In this document: piece by piece, positions 1-13,278 of the stretch
Layout: each line of letters starts with the position of its first letter
How positions within the stretch are numbered: the stretch's first letter is position 1
NCBI RefSeq assembly: GCF_963921235.1
Contig: NC_086097.1
Location: 239,570,001 to 239,634,000 of the forward strand
Reading direction: 5' to 3'
Source: Mobula hypostoma
Taxonomy: Eukaryota
Length of the DNA stretch: 64,000 nt
The notes under the pieces: model-generated
What the model saw: only the letters and a program-made list of their open reading frames with translations
What the model was told of the DNA's origin: nothing
The model's database searches: none
Made by a program: the position numbers and the translations under genes

Positions 1-1295
1 TACGTTTCTCTGACATTAGATGTACCTTTTGAAAACTATTGATATGCAGCACACTTAACATCGTCAGTGATCTCTTCAACAATCATTTGACCTCCTACCA
101 TCAGGCAGGAGGTATCATAGCATTAGTACAAGAACTGTTAGGGTGAGGAAAAGCTTCTTTCCCCACACTATGACATTACTGAACTTCCTACCACCATCCA
201 GGTCTCCTCATCAGTAGCATTTACTTTTGAAACTTGCTTTGTATATGCACTGCATTGCCTATTAATTTATTTGTGGTTAAGTACTTTACGTGTTATGCTT
301 GTGAGTTATATGTACTGTGTTCTGCACCTTGGTCTGGAGGGATGATGTTTCATTTGGTGATGCACTTTTGTACGTACAGTTGAATGGCAGTAAACTTGAC
401 CTTGAACATTGCATTTATGGCAATTACTGATAGTCAGTGCAAGGATGCTGTTGTCTGGCACATCAAAGACAACTATGTGGAGGAGAAGGATGCAAGACAA
501 AATGAAATAGCCTTTGCTGAGACTGTGATAAACCACATGTCACCCTGGAATCCCAATAAATAAATTGTAAAGCAATGACATTAATTTACATAATTTATAA
601 GATTAATGCCTAGTAGTTCTAGCCTGAAGACAATGCATAAGGAGTGCAAATTCAATATAAATTGTCAAAAGAGATATTGACTTTTTTTTTCATTAACTGC
701 TCCAAAAGTTACACAGAACTGGGAAATGATCAAACACTTGGTTAGAAATGTCTTCTTGCTGCCTGATAAATGCAAGAGATTCTACAGATGTGGGAATTCT
801 TGGGAGACACTTACAAGATGCTGGAGGAATTCAGCAGGTCAGGCAGCATCTATGGTGGGAAATGCTTCTGCATGTTCCACTGCTGGTGTTTAGGGCAGCA
901 AAGAAGGTCCCCCCATCATGGCTTCCCTCATCATGCTGGTAGCTTTCATTCCATTTTTACTACTGTCAGCCATGCAAGTCCAGAGAGGAGACCAAGGAGT
1001 CTGGTCGCACGCAGATATAGAAGGATTCTTCATTACTGTTTCTGTAACCTTTCTGTTTTATCAGTCAGAGTTGTTTGCCCTGAGCTGAACCCTGAACCTG
1101 GAGGACCAGTGGACCACTCTTAATCTGGCTTCTACCCTTTGACCTGTTTGGCATGGGTGACCCTACAAAGAGCCAAAGCATGAAGCCCCGAATCCAGCCA
1201 GCATATCTCTCCATTGAGGCACACAAGCCTTCAATCCACAACAAGGTTGAGGTCCTCTTGGAGGATGGAGGGAAGTGAATAGTTGATATTCTGGC

Positions 1296-1910
1296 TGAGA
1301 CCCTACAGATCGTGTCTAACAAGCCTGATAGAGTTCTTTGAGGAGATGACCAGGCATTTAGATGAGGGTAGTGCAGTGGATGTGATCTACATAGATTTTA
1401 GTAAGGCATTTGACAAGGTTCCACACGGTAGGCTTATTCAGAAAGTCAGAAGGCAAGGGATCCAGGGAAGTTTGGCCAGGTGGATTCAGAATTGGCTTGC
1501 CTGCAGAAGGCAGAGGGTCGTGGTGGAGGGAGTACATTCAGATTGGAGGGTTGTGACTAGTTGTGTCCCACAAGGATCAGTTCTGGGACCTCTACTTTTC
1601 GTGATTTTTATTAACGACCTGGATGTGGGGTAGAAGGGTGGGTTGGCAAGTTTGCAGATGACACAAAGGTTGGTGGTGTTGTAGAGGATTGTCAAAGTTT
1701 GCAGATGACACAAAGGTTGGTGGTGTTGTAGAGGATTGTCAAAGATTGCAGAGAGACATTGATAGGTTGCAGAAGTGGGCTGAGAAGTGGCAGATGGAGT
1801 TCAACCCGGAGAAGTGTGAGGTGGTACACTTTGGAAGGACAAACTCCAAGGCAGAGTACAAAGTAAATGGCAGGATACTTGGTAGTGTGGAGGAGCAGAG
1901 GGATCTGGGG
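1296..1910 (+). mobile_element. CR1 LINE ORF2 (RT) fragment, decayed
   Basis: Translates as [12 protein letters not shown]...[16 protein letters not shown]...[19 protein letters not shown]...KFADDTK...WQMEFNPEKCEV. Contains a frameshift and a 47-bp internal duplication. Confidence 0.9.
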
Positions 1911-2324
1911 TTAGTAAGTTGTGGGCATGCTTTGTTGGTGCTGGAATCCTGGCAACACTTGTGGGCAGCCCCGAGAACATCCTTGGACTGTGTTGGTCGT
2001 TGATGGAAAATGAAACGTTCCTCTGCATGTTTCAATATTTCATTGTACCTGTGACAAATTAAATTGATCTTCCCTCTTCACAGTGCCATACATTTTGGAC
2101 TACACTCTGTTAGAGTGGAGCACAAGCCTGAAACAGTGAAATAGGCTAGATCAAGGTTCAGAGTAAATTTATTACCAGAGTACATATATGTCACCATATA
2201 CAAACCTGAGATTTTTTTTGTGGGCATTCACAGTAAGTACAAAGAAACATCACATACAACAGAGAGAGACAAACAGGCAAAAGACAACAAATTGTGTCAA
2301 TATAAAACTAAAGAAATAATTACA

Positions 2325-3125
2325 ATAATAACCCGTTATTACAGATAGGACAATCCATAATAACTGTCCGGATATAATATTACAGGATAGACGGAGTACA
2401 AAGAAAGTTCACCAGATTGATTCCTGGGATGGCAGGACTTTCATATGATAAAAGACTGGATTGACTAGGCTTATACTCATTGGAATTTAGAAAATTGAGG
2501 GGGGATCTTATTGAAACATATAAAATTCTAAAGGGATTGGACAGGCTAGATGCAGGAAGATTGTTCCCGATGTTGGGGAAGTCCAGAACAAGGGGTCACA
2601 GTTTGAGGATAAAGGGGAAGCCTTTTAGGACCAAGATTAGGAAAAACTTCTTCACACAGAGAGTGGTGAATCTGTGGAATTCTCTGCCAAAGGAAACAGT
2701 TAAGGCCAGTTCATTGGCTATATCTAAGAGGGAGTTAGATATGGCCCTTGTGGCTAAAGGGATCAGGGGGTATGGAGGGAAGGCTGGTACAGGGTACAGA
2801 GTTGGATGATCAGCCATGATCATAATAAATGGCAGTGCAGGCTCGAAGGGCCATATGGCCTACTCCTGCACCTATTTTCTATGTTTCTATGTTTCTATAA
2901 ACAAGCAAGAACAACTTACTTGATAGATATAACCATTTCAAACACATATAACTTATAGAAATCAATAATTGAAAAATACTAGAAACATGCTCATGCTGAA
3001 TTAAAAGAGGAAATTGAAAGACTATGGAACAGGAACAGTGTATATATTGTCCCGATAGTAATGATACAATTGATTTCATCCCAAAGTCACCACACAATAG
3101 CATTAAACTATTAGGACTACACAGG
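2325..3125 (+). mobile_element. R4/Dong-type non-LTR retrotransposon restriction-like endonuclease fragment, split by a CR1
   Basis: 2335-2390 reads about ITDRTIHNNCPDIILQD. After the CR1, 2900-3120 continues ...LIDI.ISNT...ELKEEIERLWN..VYIVPIV. These are the PD..D..K features of RLE LINEs. Homologous to the minus-strand copy near 49.6-50.7 kb. Confidence 0.65.
2391..2897 (+). mobile_element. Young CR1 3' end with (TTTCTATG)n tail
   Basis: ORF 2480-2809 reads RKLRGDLIETYKILKG...FFTQRVVNLWNSLP. The 3' UTR ends cctattttctatgtttctatgtttctat. Near-identical to the CR1 ends at 39.07 kb and 62.15 kb. Confidence 0.92.
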
Positions 3126-4404
3126 AATATATATATATATATAGAGAGAGAGAGAGTTGAGTCGAGAAAAAATTAAAATGTCAACAATAATAATAAATAA
3201 ATAATCAAGAAATAGCAAGAACACAAATTGTAGAGTCCTTAAAAATCCATAGGTTGTTTTTAGTGACCAGTTCAATGTTAAGGTGAATGAAGTTAACCAT
3301 ACAGGTTCAAGAGCTTGATGATTGAAGTGTGATAACTGTTTCTGCACCTGGTGGTGTGGGACCTAAGGCTCCTGTACCTCCTGCCTGAAAGCAGCAGTGA
3401 GAAGAGATCATGGTCTGGATGGTGGGGTTCTTAATGATGGACACTGCTTTCCTGTAACAGTGCTCCTTGCAAAATGTGCTGAATGAACATCTGGGATGCA
3501 GGTTTATGAAGATTATAGTTGGAGAAAATGTTCTGTAGTGGACTTTATCATTTGGAGAATGAGGGTCATTTTGGTTTAATGAGAAGAGAAATAATCAGGC
3601 CAGGTTGAAATCAAATATTACCAGGTAAAATTTTGCAGGAAAACTGAATGCTGTTTAAAGAGGATATGTTGTTGAATCAGGCAACTAAAGCTTAAGTTTA
3701 TGAAAGATATAAGTGAGAGAGAAGACAAGTAGAGAAAATAGAAGAGTACATGAAAAAAGAGTGTGGTAATTTAAGTATTATACCACGTGACACAGGCCCC
3801 TGCTGTCAAGAGAATCCCTCTCCACTAGTGGTATATTGTTGAAATTCACAGGTAATGCCCACAATTTTCTCACCATTTATAAACCATCGCGAGGGATGCT
3901 GATCATATGAGGGTTAAATGTCGACGTTATGTTCCATAATCAGTATCTCCAAAGTGAATTTAGTCTTTTCCCAGCACATGAAGTAAGCAATTTTGTGAAC
4001 TTGGAGAACAACGAACCTTTCTTCCTACATCAGCCAGATCTGAGAAGTAAAGGATGTTGTAAATTGGAAGCACATGATTGGGTAATAGACTGAATAAATC
4101 TGAAAGTGCCTGGAGGGACCGTGGAAATGTTATTACAAGCTACAATTGTACTTCGATTTGATGCTTTATAAATAAAGAAAATGAAAGAACTCACATTTAT
4201 AAGAACAAAAGATCGGTGTGGATCTTTCAGCCCCTCGAGCTTGTTCTGCATTTAATTAAACAAAATCTGATCCGGGTTTTATCTCCTTGCCCTAACACTG
4301 GAAACTTTAGTTCACTTGCTTACAAAAAAACCTATCACTCTGAGTTTTGAATTTTCCGTTGATTTAAGCTCAACTTACTTTCGAATAACAATTGCCTCCT
4401 GACA

Positions 4405-5040
4405 TCAGAATCAGGTTTAATATCACTGGCATATGTTATGAAATTTGTTAACTTTGTGGCAGCAGTACAATGCATAATAATAGAAAGACAAAAACTGTGA
4501 ATTACAGCAGGTCTATATATTAAATAGTTAAATTAATAAGTAATGCAAAAAAAAAATTTTTTTTAAGTAGCGAGTTCGTGTTAGTGTCCATTCAGAAAGC
4601 AGATGGCAGAGGGGAAGAAACTGTTCCTGAATCACTGAGTGTGTGCCCTTAGGTTATTTTACCTCCTTCCAGATGGTAACAATGAGAAGAGGGCAAGTCT
4701 TGGGTGACAAGGGTCTTTAATGATGGTTGCCACCTTTTTGAGGCATAATTCCTTGAGGCTCCTTGACACTTCCTGCTGAAGGGTCCAGGCCCAAACTGTT
4801 GACTGTACTCTTTTCCATAGATGCTGACTGGCTTGCTGAGTTCCTCCAGTATTTTGTGTGTGTTGCTTGGATTTCCAGCCTCTGCATATCCTCTCTTGTT
4901 TACTCATTGAAGATGTTCGGGATAACACAGAGGCTAGTTCCCATGATAGAGCTGGCTACGTTTACAGGTTTGATCCTGTGCAGTGCCCCTCCTCCCCCAC
5001 CAGACGCAGCCAGTTAGAATGCTCTCCACAGTATATCTGC
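4405..5040 (-). mobile_element. Rex1/Babar LINE 3' fragment with an inserted Penelope pLTR piece (about 4765-4900)
   Basis: The tail reads tcagaatcaggtttaat on the plus strand. Minus-strand translation gives CLKKVATIIKDPCHPRLALFSLLPSGRR. Confidence 0.7.
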
Positions 5041-5084
5041 AGTGACATTACTATTAATGGTCAAGATCTTATTTTTCCAGTCCT

Positions 5085-5660
5085 CAAGGTTGTCATAGCC
5101 CAGGGAGGTAATAGGGATAAGCTCCCACTACCTATTAAATGCTCTCAATGACATGTTCTTCAAATAGCCTCTGACAACCAAGCCCAGCTCTTGAACTTCA
5201 TTTGTGGCTTCACTACTAAACCCGTCGAACAATTTTTACTGTCAGGAGAAGGGGCAATGGCGGGTTGCTGGAGCCTTAAAAGCAGTCACTTTGGACAGAT
5301 GGGGCTCCTCAGCTGTGGTAGGCAACTCATCCAGGAGAAAGAAATCTCTGATCTCAAACCTCTGCAGCTTTGCTGCTGTAGCCACTCATGGGAAAGGCTC
5401 TGCGAGTAAATCTGAGGGAAAGTCCAGAGCTGGAGTCCCTAAGGCAGTCCTACGTTGAGTTCAACACTGATTGGCAACTTCTGTGACACTGCTGGTGCCA
5501 AACTGCATCGGTCTTTTCTGATCCCTTGGATTCATCAGCTGCATGGGTGGGTGGGGTGCTTGCTGCATGAGCAACAGCTTGCTCTCCTAGTCATTTTGCC
5601 CTGACTTGCATATCATGTAGACAGTTAGGACACAATATCCACGGTCGACCCCAATAAGTG
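5085..5660 (+). mobile_element. Non-autonomous retroposon (ingi/Vingi- or RTE-like; family uncertain)
   Basis: Shares blocks such as ggagtccctaaggcagtcctacgttgagttcaa with an inverted copy at about 20972-21382. No ORF. Confidence 0.55.
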
Positions 5661-6469
5661 CAAGATCATAATGACGTAGATTGAGAGGTCGTCCAACTTA
5701 TCATTCAAGAGTCTGATAAAAGTGGGAAGGAAGCTGCCCTTGAGCTTGGCGTTACTTGCATTCAGGCTTTTGAGAAGAGAGAATATCTGGGGCGGATATT
5801 TTCTTTGAATATGCTGAGGCAGTGAGAAGTATGGGCAGTGTCTATGGTGGAGGAAAGACAGATTATTAGAAATCAATCAGTCATTAACTGTGAGAAACCA
5901 CTTTGATCTCTTTTTACTAGCGTGCTGTTTTGTTGCTTTTTCAGCAATAATTCTGTCTTTTTAAATCGCAACAGTGAAAGTATACTTGAATCCTGATGAA
6001 GGGTCTCTGCCCAGAAAGTTGTCTGTTCTTCCGTAGATGCTGCCTGACCATAAGACTATAAGACATTGGAGAACAATTAAGCCATTTGTCCCATCGAGTT
6101 TGCTCTACCATTACATTGTGTCTGATTTATTATCCCTCTCAAACTCTTTCTCCTGCCTTCTCCTCATAACCTTTGATGCCCTGACTAATCAAGAACCTGG
6201 AGAGTTCCTCCAGAATTTTGTGTGTTTTGCAAAGCATATTTGAAATTCCTTTCTTGTTATGTGAAATCATTCTCGCCAATTTGATTGAAACAATAAACCT
6301 TAACACTCCAATCTGCAAGATATTACAATCTACTCAACGGTTGGCTGCCTGGCCTGAGAGTGGTTGGAATAATGAGCATCACTTGACCCTTTTTCAGGTG
6401 TACAACTGTGATTATAAAAACTGCGCCTGCAGGTATACCTGTACAAGAACAACATTGTTTATTGGATAT

Positions 6470-7745
6470 AATGCTCAAGCTTTAGAAGACATTGGTCAGA
6501 CCACATTTGGAGTATTGTCAGCAGTTCTGGGCCCCTTATTTAGATTACATTATGAGAACACTCAGTCCTCTTTTATTGTCATTTAGAAATGCATACATGC
6601 ATTAAGAAATGATAAAATGTTTCTCCGGAGTGATATCACAGAAAACAGGACAAACCAAAGACTAACACTGATAGAACCACATAATTATAACATATAGTTA
6701 CAGCAGTGCAAAGCAATACCATAATTTGATGAAGAACAAACTATGGGCATGGTAAAAAAAAAGTCTCAAATTCCCCGAGTCGATCGACTCCCGAGTCCCC
6801 AATAGCAGGCGGCAAAAGGGAGAAACTCCCTGCCATAAACCTCCAGGCACCGTCAACTTGCCGATGCCTTGGAAGCAGCCGACCACAGCCAACAATGAGT
6901 CTGTCTGTACGAAAATTTCCAGCTTCCGACCAGCCTTTCCGATACAGCCTCCCAAGCGCCGTCCTCTGCCGAGCGCCTTCGACCTAGCCCCGGCTGCTGA
7001 AACACACAAAGCCGAGTATTCAGGGCCTTCTGCTCCCGAGATTCCGGTTACCACACAGTGGCAGCGGCAGCAAAGCGGGCATTTCAGAAGTTTTCCAGAT
7101 GTTCCTCCGTACTCTTACGTCCATCTCCATCAAATTGGAATTGTGCATGGTCCCCTACTTGACAGATAACAGACATCCTTCACCGGAGAGGCTGCGCGCG
7201 CTTCTGTCGCACCGCCATCTTCTTCTCCTCCTTAAGGAAGGATGTGCTGTTAGTGGAGAAGGTCTGGAAGAGATTCGTGAGAATGATCCCAGGAATAAAA
7301 GAGTTAATGTATGAGATGGCTCTGGGCTTGTACTCACTGGAATTTAGTAGAATGAGGGGGGAATCTCATTGAAATGTATAAAATATTGAAAAGCCCAGGT
7401 GGAGTGGATATGGAGAGGATGTTTCCTGTAGTCGGGGAGCCTAGGATCTGAGGGCACAGTCTCAGAATAGAGGGACGTTCGTTTAGAATAGAGATGAGGA
7501 GGAATTTCTTTAGCCAGTGGCAGGGGAATCTGTGAAAATCATTGCCACAAATGGCTGTGGAGGCAAGTCATTGGGTATATTTAAAGTGGAGGTTAATGGG
7601 TTCTTTTTTAGCCGTGGTGTCAAATGTTATGGAGAGAAGGCAGGAGAATGAGGTTGAGGGGGATAATAAATCACCCATGATGGAATGGTGGAGCAGACTC
7701 TATGAGCAAATGGCCTCATTCAGCTCCCACTGTATGTCTTATGGT
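6470..7745 (+). mobile_element. Old CR1 3' fragment, interrupted by the element at 6541-7232
   Basis: ttggtcagaccacatttggagtattg...gcccttatt | ttaaggaaggatgtg...; ends in a tgtcttatggtcttat tail. Confidence 0.75.
6541..7232 (-). mobile_element. About 690-bp non-autonomous retroposon (GGAGAAGATGGCGG head, (CTAAT)n-type tail), copy 1
   Basis: Homologous along its length to 47719-48400 (-) and 49960-50610 (+). CpG-rich body, no coding capacity. Confidence 0.8.
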
Positions 7746-8234
7746 CTTATTGTCTTCTTCAGTTAGAAATCGTTAAGATTAAACTGAAATATTTGCTCTG
7801 TACCGACATCATGGTCTGAAGGGCATTCACTGTTCTGTGTTCTATTTGCATGTTAAATATTAAATTACATAAAGAGAAATAGAGCGAGGACTTTTGTTAG
7901 ATAATGAGCAGGAGAAGCAACTAAATCCTGCTCAAATAATTGGTTTATAATACTTATATTAAAGTTTACGGTATGTATTTATCGCTGTGCTTTAGGAAGT
8001 TCTTATCCATCATTTGAAACGTGGAAACAGCAACAAGAAAATATACTCAGACAAATAAAAATTTGATTCAATTGTTTGTCAGCAACAGGCAACTGCACAA
8101 AATGCACAAGGTAGAGTGGCCACGGTAACATAATGGTGAACATAATGCTATGCTGCATCATCGTTCACAGAATTAGGAAAGGATTTTATTAAGTGCTGAG
8201 ACAATGGTGCATCTTCACTAATGGGAAGATACAG

Positions 8235-8560
8235 CATGGTAGCATTGCGGTGAGCATAACTCTATTACAGCGCCAGCGATGAAGGTTCAATTTTCGCAGC
8301 TGTCTGTGAGGAGTTTGCAGGTTCTCCTCGTGGCCACCTGGATTTCCTCCAAGTGTTCCGGTTTCCTCCCACATTCCAAAGATGCGCAGGTTAGGCTTTG
8401 TAAGTTCGCATGCTATGTTGGCGCTGGAAGCATGGTGAACTTGTAAGCTGGCCCCAGCAAAATCCTCAGACTGTGTTGGTCATTGACACAAAACAACCCA
8501 TTTCACTGTATACTTTGATGTTTGGATGTATATGTGGCAAAAAAAGCTCACGTTTGATCT
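8235..8560 (+). mobile_element. tRNA-derived V-SINE (HE1-like)
   Basis: A/B-box-like head (ggttcaatt) followed by the V-domain gagtttgcaggttctcctcgtggccacctggatttcctccaagtgttccggtttcctcccacattccaaagatg. Confidence 0.7.
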
Positions 8561-9034
8561 TTATCTCCATAAAGTTCTCATGTGTGGGGACAAAGTTCAG
8601 AATCTTCGATCCATCATACAGAGATATGTGTCAATTCATTCCATCCTTGCAAGCAGCGAAATGATTTTACAAATTTTAATATATGACTTCAAACCTGTTA
8701 TTTTGGCACTGAGGTGAATAGCCTTGAGCAGCTAACTTTCCATAAGTCAGATATCAAAGCGTGACATTGTCCACCTAGCAAATTAGAAGCATGAAAGCAA
8801 GCAAGAAAGAATCAACTGAATCAACATCTGTTAATCCTGAGGTAAATATTCCTTGCTTGTGCACTGGGAATATTGTTGGGGGAATAGGTCCCACTGTTAC
8901 TATGACATACACTTGCAAAAGTTAAATGCAAAGCTGCAGAAATCACAGTTGTTCTTTAATAATATAAAAATATATATATATTTATATTTATAGTGTGTTT
9001 TCTTTATTTTTTTTATGGTGTTCTTTATGCTTAT

Positions 9035-9985
9035 TGTGCTCTGACTCTCAACACAGGAGCCCCTCAGGGCTGCGTACTGAGTCCCCTTATTTACTCCCAG
9101 TATACCCATGACTGTATCTCCACCCACAGCTCTAATCTGCTAATTAAATTTGCCGACAATGCTACATTAATTGGACTTCTCTCAAACAATAATGAGGTGG
9201 CCTACAGGGAAGAAGTCATCTCACTGACACAGTGGTGTCAAGAAAACAACCCCTCCCTCAATGTCGCAAAAACAAAGGAGCTGGTTGTGGATTACAGGAG
9301 GAATGGAGATGGTCTAACCCCCGTTAACGTCAATGGATCTGGGGTTGAGAGAGTAAACAGCTCCAAGTTCCTCGGCATTCACATCACCAAGGACCTCACA
9401 TGGTCTGTACACACCAGCTGTGTCGTGAAAAAGGCACAACAGTGCCTCTTTCATCTCAGATGGTTGAGGAAGTTTGGTATGGGCCCCCAAATCCTAAGAA
9501 CTTTCTACAGGGGCACAATTCACAGCATCTTGACTGGTTGCATCACTACCTGGTATGGGAACTGTACCTCCCTTAATCACAGAGAGTGGTTCAGACAGCC
9601 CAGCACATTTGTAGTTGTGACCGTCCCATGATTCAGGGCATCTATAATGACAGGTGTGTAAAAAGGGCCCGGAGGGTCATTAGGAACCCAAGCCATCCCA
9701 ACCACAATCCATTCCAGCTGCTACCATCTGGGAAGCGGTACCGCAGCATAAAAGCCAAGACCAACAGGCTGTGGGACAACTTCTTCCACCAGGCCATCAG
9801 ACTGATGAACTCACGCTGATTTGATTTGATTGTAGTCTATATTACACTGACTGTTCTATTTATTATTAATTACTATGATTGCACATTACACATTTAGATG
9901 GGACATAACGTAAAGATTTTTACTTCTCATGTATGTGAAGGATGTAAGAAATAAAGTCAGTTCAATTCAATTCAATTCAATTCAA
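9035..9985 (+). mobile_element. Rex1/Babar LINE, 5'-truncated RT and 3' UTR with (TTCAA)n tail
   Basis: LNTGAPQGCVLSPLIYSQYTHDC...KFAD...KTKELVVDYRR...KKAQQCLFHLRWLRKFG...HPNHNPFQLLPSGKRYRS, then aataaa and ttcaa repeats at about 9960-9985. Confidence 0.9.
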
Positions 9986-9996
9986 TTTTAATGCTG

Positions 9997-10194
9997 GCAA
10001 CACACATCAAAGTTGCTGGTGAACGCAGCAGGCCAGGCAGCATCTCTAGGAAGAGGTACAGTCAACGTTTCGGGTCTCAGCCCAAAACGTTGACTGTACC
10101 TCTTCCTAAAGATGCTGCCTGGCCTGCTGCATTCACCAGCAACTTTGATGTGTGTTGCTTGAATTTCCAGCATCTGCAGATTTCCTCGTGTTTG
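9997..10194. mobile_element. Palindromic Penelope pLTR-derived element with 14-bp TSD
   Basis: Inverted arms of about 75 bp (9997-10070 and 10085-10158). Flanked by CAATTTTAATGCTG at 9983-9996 and 10195-10208. Confidence 0.85.
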
Positions 10195-10354
10195 CAATTT
10201 TAATGCTGCATTAGATCCAGAGTAGCCATCTTTCATGTTCTGAAAAAGGACAATTTAACAATCTTCAATATTGAATAACAAATCTTCAATTCTATTCTTT
10301 TACTCCAATAACCACTAAATAAAAGTACATTAGAAATATGCATGGTTTTATTTC

Positions 10355-10710
10355 TTTTTTATTTCAAGATACAGAGCGGAAATGCCCTTCCATCCCAATG
10401 CCACAGTGTCAGCTACCCTCTGATTTACTTTAATTTATTTACTTAGCACGAAAGGGCAAAGTAGGCCCTTCTGGCCCTTTGAGTCACACCGCCTCAGCAA
10501 CCCATGACAAGCCCAGTTAACCCTAACCTAATCACAGGACCAATTAACTTACTAACCTGTATGCCTTTAGACTGTGGAAGGAAACCCGAGCTCCCGGGGG
10601 GAACTCATGCACTCACAGGGAGAACATACAAGCTCCTGAACCTGAACTTCGATCTCAGGAATGCTTCGAGCTGCAATAGTGCTGTGCTAACCTACGCTAC
10701 CACGACAGTC
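10355..10710 (-). mobile_element. V-SINE (HE1-like), reverse orientation
   Basis: Contains ctttagactgtggaaggaaacccgagctcccggggggaactcatgcactcacaggg, the reverse complement of the V-domain. Confidence 0.65.
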
Positions 10711-11225
10711 CAGTCGGTATTCCACAGCCCGATTGCTGAACTGCTGCACTGATCCCAAGTAGCAAAAATCTCGCAGAGGGGATGCTGCTTTGGATCCGAA
10801 GACACGGAGCTACCTCAAACAGACCGTCAAGGTTTAGTGGCGAGCTGCCTGCTTGCTGAGCAATGAAGGCTGTGCCTTTGCTGCTGACAGCAAAACTCCA
10901 TCAGTGTGTGTGTGAGCAATGTCTGCAAACGTTTGCTATAAAAATATAAGTGCTTGGCTTTTATCATGTGCTATCCAATGATATTGATGAATAGGAAGTG
11001 CTGCAACTGAGGATGTGAGTTATTATTACTTGTAACAGTGAATACATTTCTAAACAGGGAGCCTGGACACTCTTTACCCCTCTGACTGGAATTTATCCCT
11101 TGCATACTTCGGTTGCATTGACTGAAGCAGTCGTCATAATTAAAACTCAAAGCTTAAAATAAATTTATTATCTAAGTATGTACATGCCTGCAAATTCTAC
11201 TCTAAGATTCATTTCCCCGTACACA

Positions 11226-11358
11226 AAGTTCAAAGTGCATTCATTATCAAACTATGTATAAATTAAAGAACTTTGAGATTCAACTGCTTACAGGCCATCA
11301 CAAAACAAGAAACCCAAAAGAACCCAATTTAAAAAAAAAGACCAACACCCAATGCATC

Positions 11359-11390
<32 letters not shown>

Positions 11391-11620
11391 AAAGAAAAAC
11401 ACAAAACATGCAAAGAGTAAAAGCAAGCAACAGCGTTCAGAATGGAATTGGGTGCACAGATCTGAAGCCCAGGGCAGCCGGTACAGGCCCATGGCCGCCG
11501 GTACAAGCCCAGGGCCTCAGTCTCATTTCATCAGAGCGGGGCAAATCACCACAGAGTTCGCAGATACGGAGCCTGGAGCAGCTGGAGCAGTTTCACAGCC
11601 TCAGTGCCATGGAGAGAGGA
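11226..11620 (-). mobile_element. Non-autonomous retroposon with (TTTGAAC)-type tail; paralogue at 13688-14270
   Basis: aaagttcaaagtgcatt...gcttacaggccatcacaaaacaagaaacc...gaccaacacccaatgc is shared with 13688-13830. Includes an (AG)n tract at about 11358-11390. Confidence 0.65.
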
Positions 11621-11994
11621 GCAAATGGACATTCACAGTAATGAAGAAATAGAATAGAATTAATGAAAAACTGCACACAAAGACTGACAACAATTGAATT
11701 GAATTGGCTTTATTTCTTACATCCTTCACAGACATGAGAGTAAAAATCTTCATGATACGTCTCCGTCGAAATGTGCAATCATAGTAATTTATTGTAATTT
11801 ATAATAAATAGAACATGCAACGTAACATAGAAATACACTCAAATCAGCATGAGTTCATCAGTCTGATGGCCAAGGTGTAACGAATGCAAAGTGCAGATAG
11901 AGGAAATAAATACAAAAACAAATAAATAAATATAAATAATGAATGAGCAAACAAACAAACAAGCCTATGTACCCAGAGATAAGATGTAAATAAA

Positions 11995-12490
11995 GATTGA
12001 AAGAGTACAGAGAAAATTTACAAGAATATTGCTGGGTCTGGAGGACCTGAGTTATAAGGAAAGATTGAATAGGTTAGGACTTCAGTACTTGGAATGTAAA
12101 AGATTGAGGGGAGATTTGATTAGAAGTACACAAATTTATGAGGGGTATGGATAGAGTAAATACAAGCAGATTTTTTTCACTGAGGTTGGGTGGGACAACA
12201 ACCAGAGGTCATGGGTTAAGGGTGAAAGGTAAAAAGTATAAGGGGAACATGAGGGGAAACTTCTCCACTCAGAGGATCATGAGAGTGTAGAACAAGCAGC
12301 CAGCGCGACTAGTGCAAGCGAGCTTGATTTCATCGTTTAAGAGAAGTTTCGATAGGTACATGGATGGTAGGGGTATGGAGAGCTATGTTCCTGGTGCAGG
12401 TCGATGTGAGTAGGCAGCTTAAATGCCTCACAACGGACTAGATAGGCCAAATAGGATCTTTCTGTGTAGTACTTTTCTCTGACTCCATGA
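11995..12490 (+). mobile_element. Old CR1 3' fragment
   Basis: gaaagagtacagagaaaatttacaag...agattgaggggagatttgat...aacttctccactcagagg. Same subfamily as 52590-53170. Confidence 0.75.
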
Positions 12491-13085
12491 CTCAGAGTAG
12501 ATAGATAAATAAATAAATGCACACATACATTGAGAAATTTCAGAACTTGAGTTGCAGTGTCCTTGAAAGTGAATTGAAGCACTCTGTTACTGAGCAGTTT
12601 TCTAGTGTTCAAAGTTCAAAAGTTCAAAGTAAGATTATTATCAAAGTACGTGTATGTTACAATATGCTACCGAGATTCACAGTAGAACAAAGAAATACAA
12701 GAAACTCAGTGAAAAATTACACACAAAGAAAGACGAACAATGGTTGTGCAAAAGAAGACAATCTGTGAAAACATAAATAAATAAACAAACAAACAAACAG
12801 ACAAATAAATAAATAAATAATGTGTTGAACGTGAGTGTGGAGCCTACAGGTTATAAAACTAAACCTAAAAGTAAAATTGCAACTGGAAATAAAACTATCA
12901 CGATTCAAGAAATCAGGCCAAATGCCAACAAAGGATTACTGCAGCAATCTAAATGCCAAACAACATCAGCTTTGGACTAAAAACAGAATGAAACAAAACA
13001 AATAGAACATGCATTTATATAGAGCCATTCACATTTCATTCACAAATCCAATGTGATTTGTCTCGAATAAAGTATCTTCAAAGTG

Positions 13086-13278
13086 CGCACACAAACAGGA
13101 GATTCTGCAGATGCTAGAAATCCAGAGTTACACACACAAAATGCTGGAGGAACTCAGCAGGTCAGGCAGCATCTGTGGAGAGGAATAAAAGGACAACGTT
13201 TTGGGCTGAGACCCAAAATGTTGACTGTTTATTCCTCTCCACAGATGCTGAGTTCTTCCAGTACTTTGTGTGCTGCAA
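13086..13278. mobile_element. Palindromic Penelope pLTR-derived element
   Basis: cagcatctgtggagaggaataaa...caacgttttgggctgagacccaaaatgttgactgtttattcctctccacagatgctg. Same architecture as 9997-10194. Confidence 0.75.

Noticed and set aside
6398..6432. Possible micro-exon (ttttcag|GTGTACAAC...CTGCAG|gtatac)
   Set aside because: Weak donor and only 35 nt. It cannot be distinguished from chance without RNA data.
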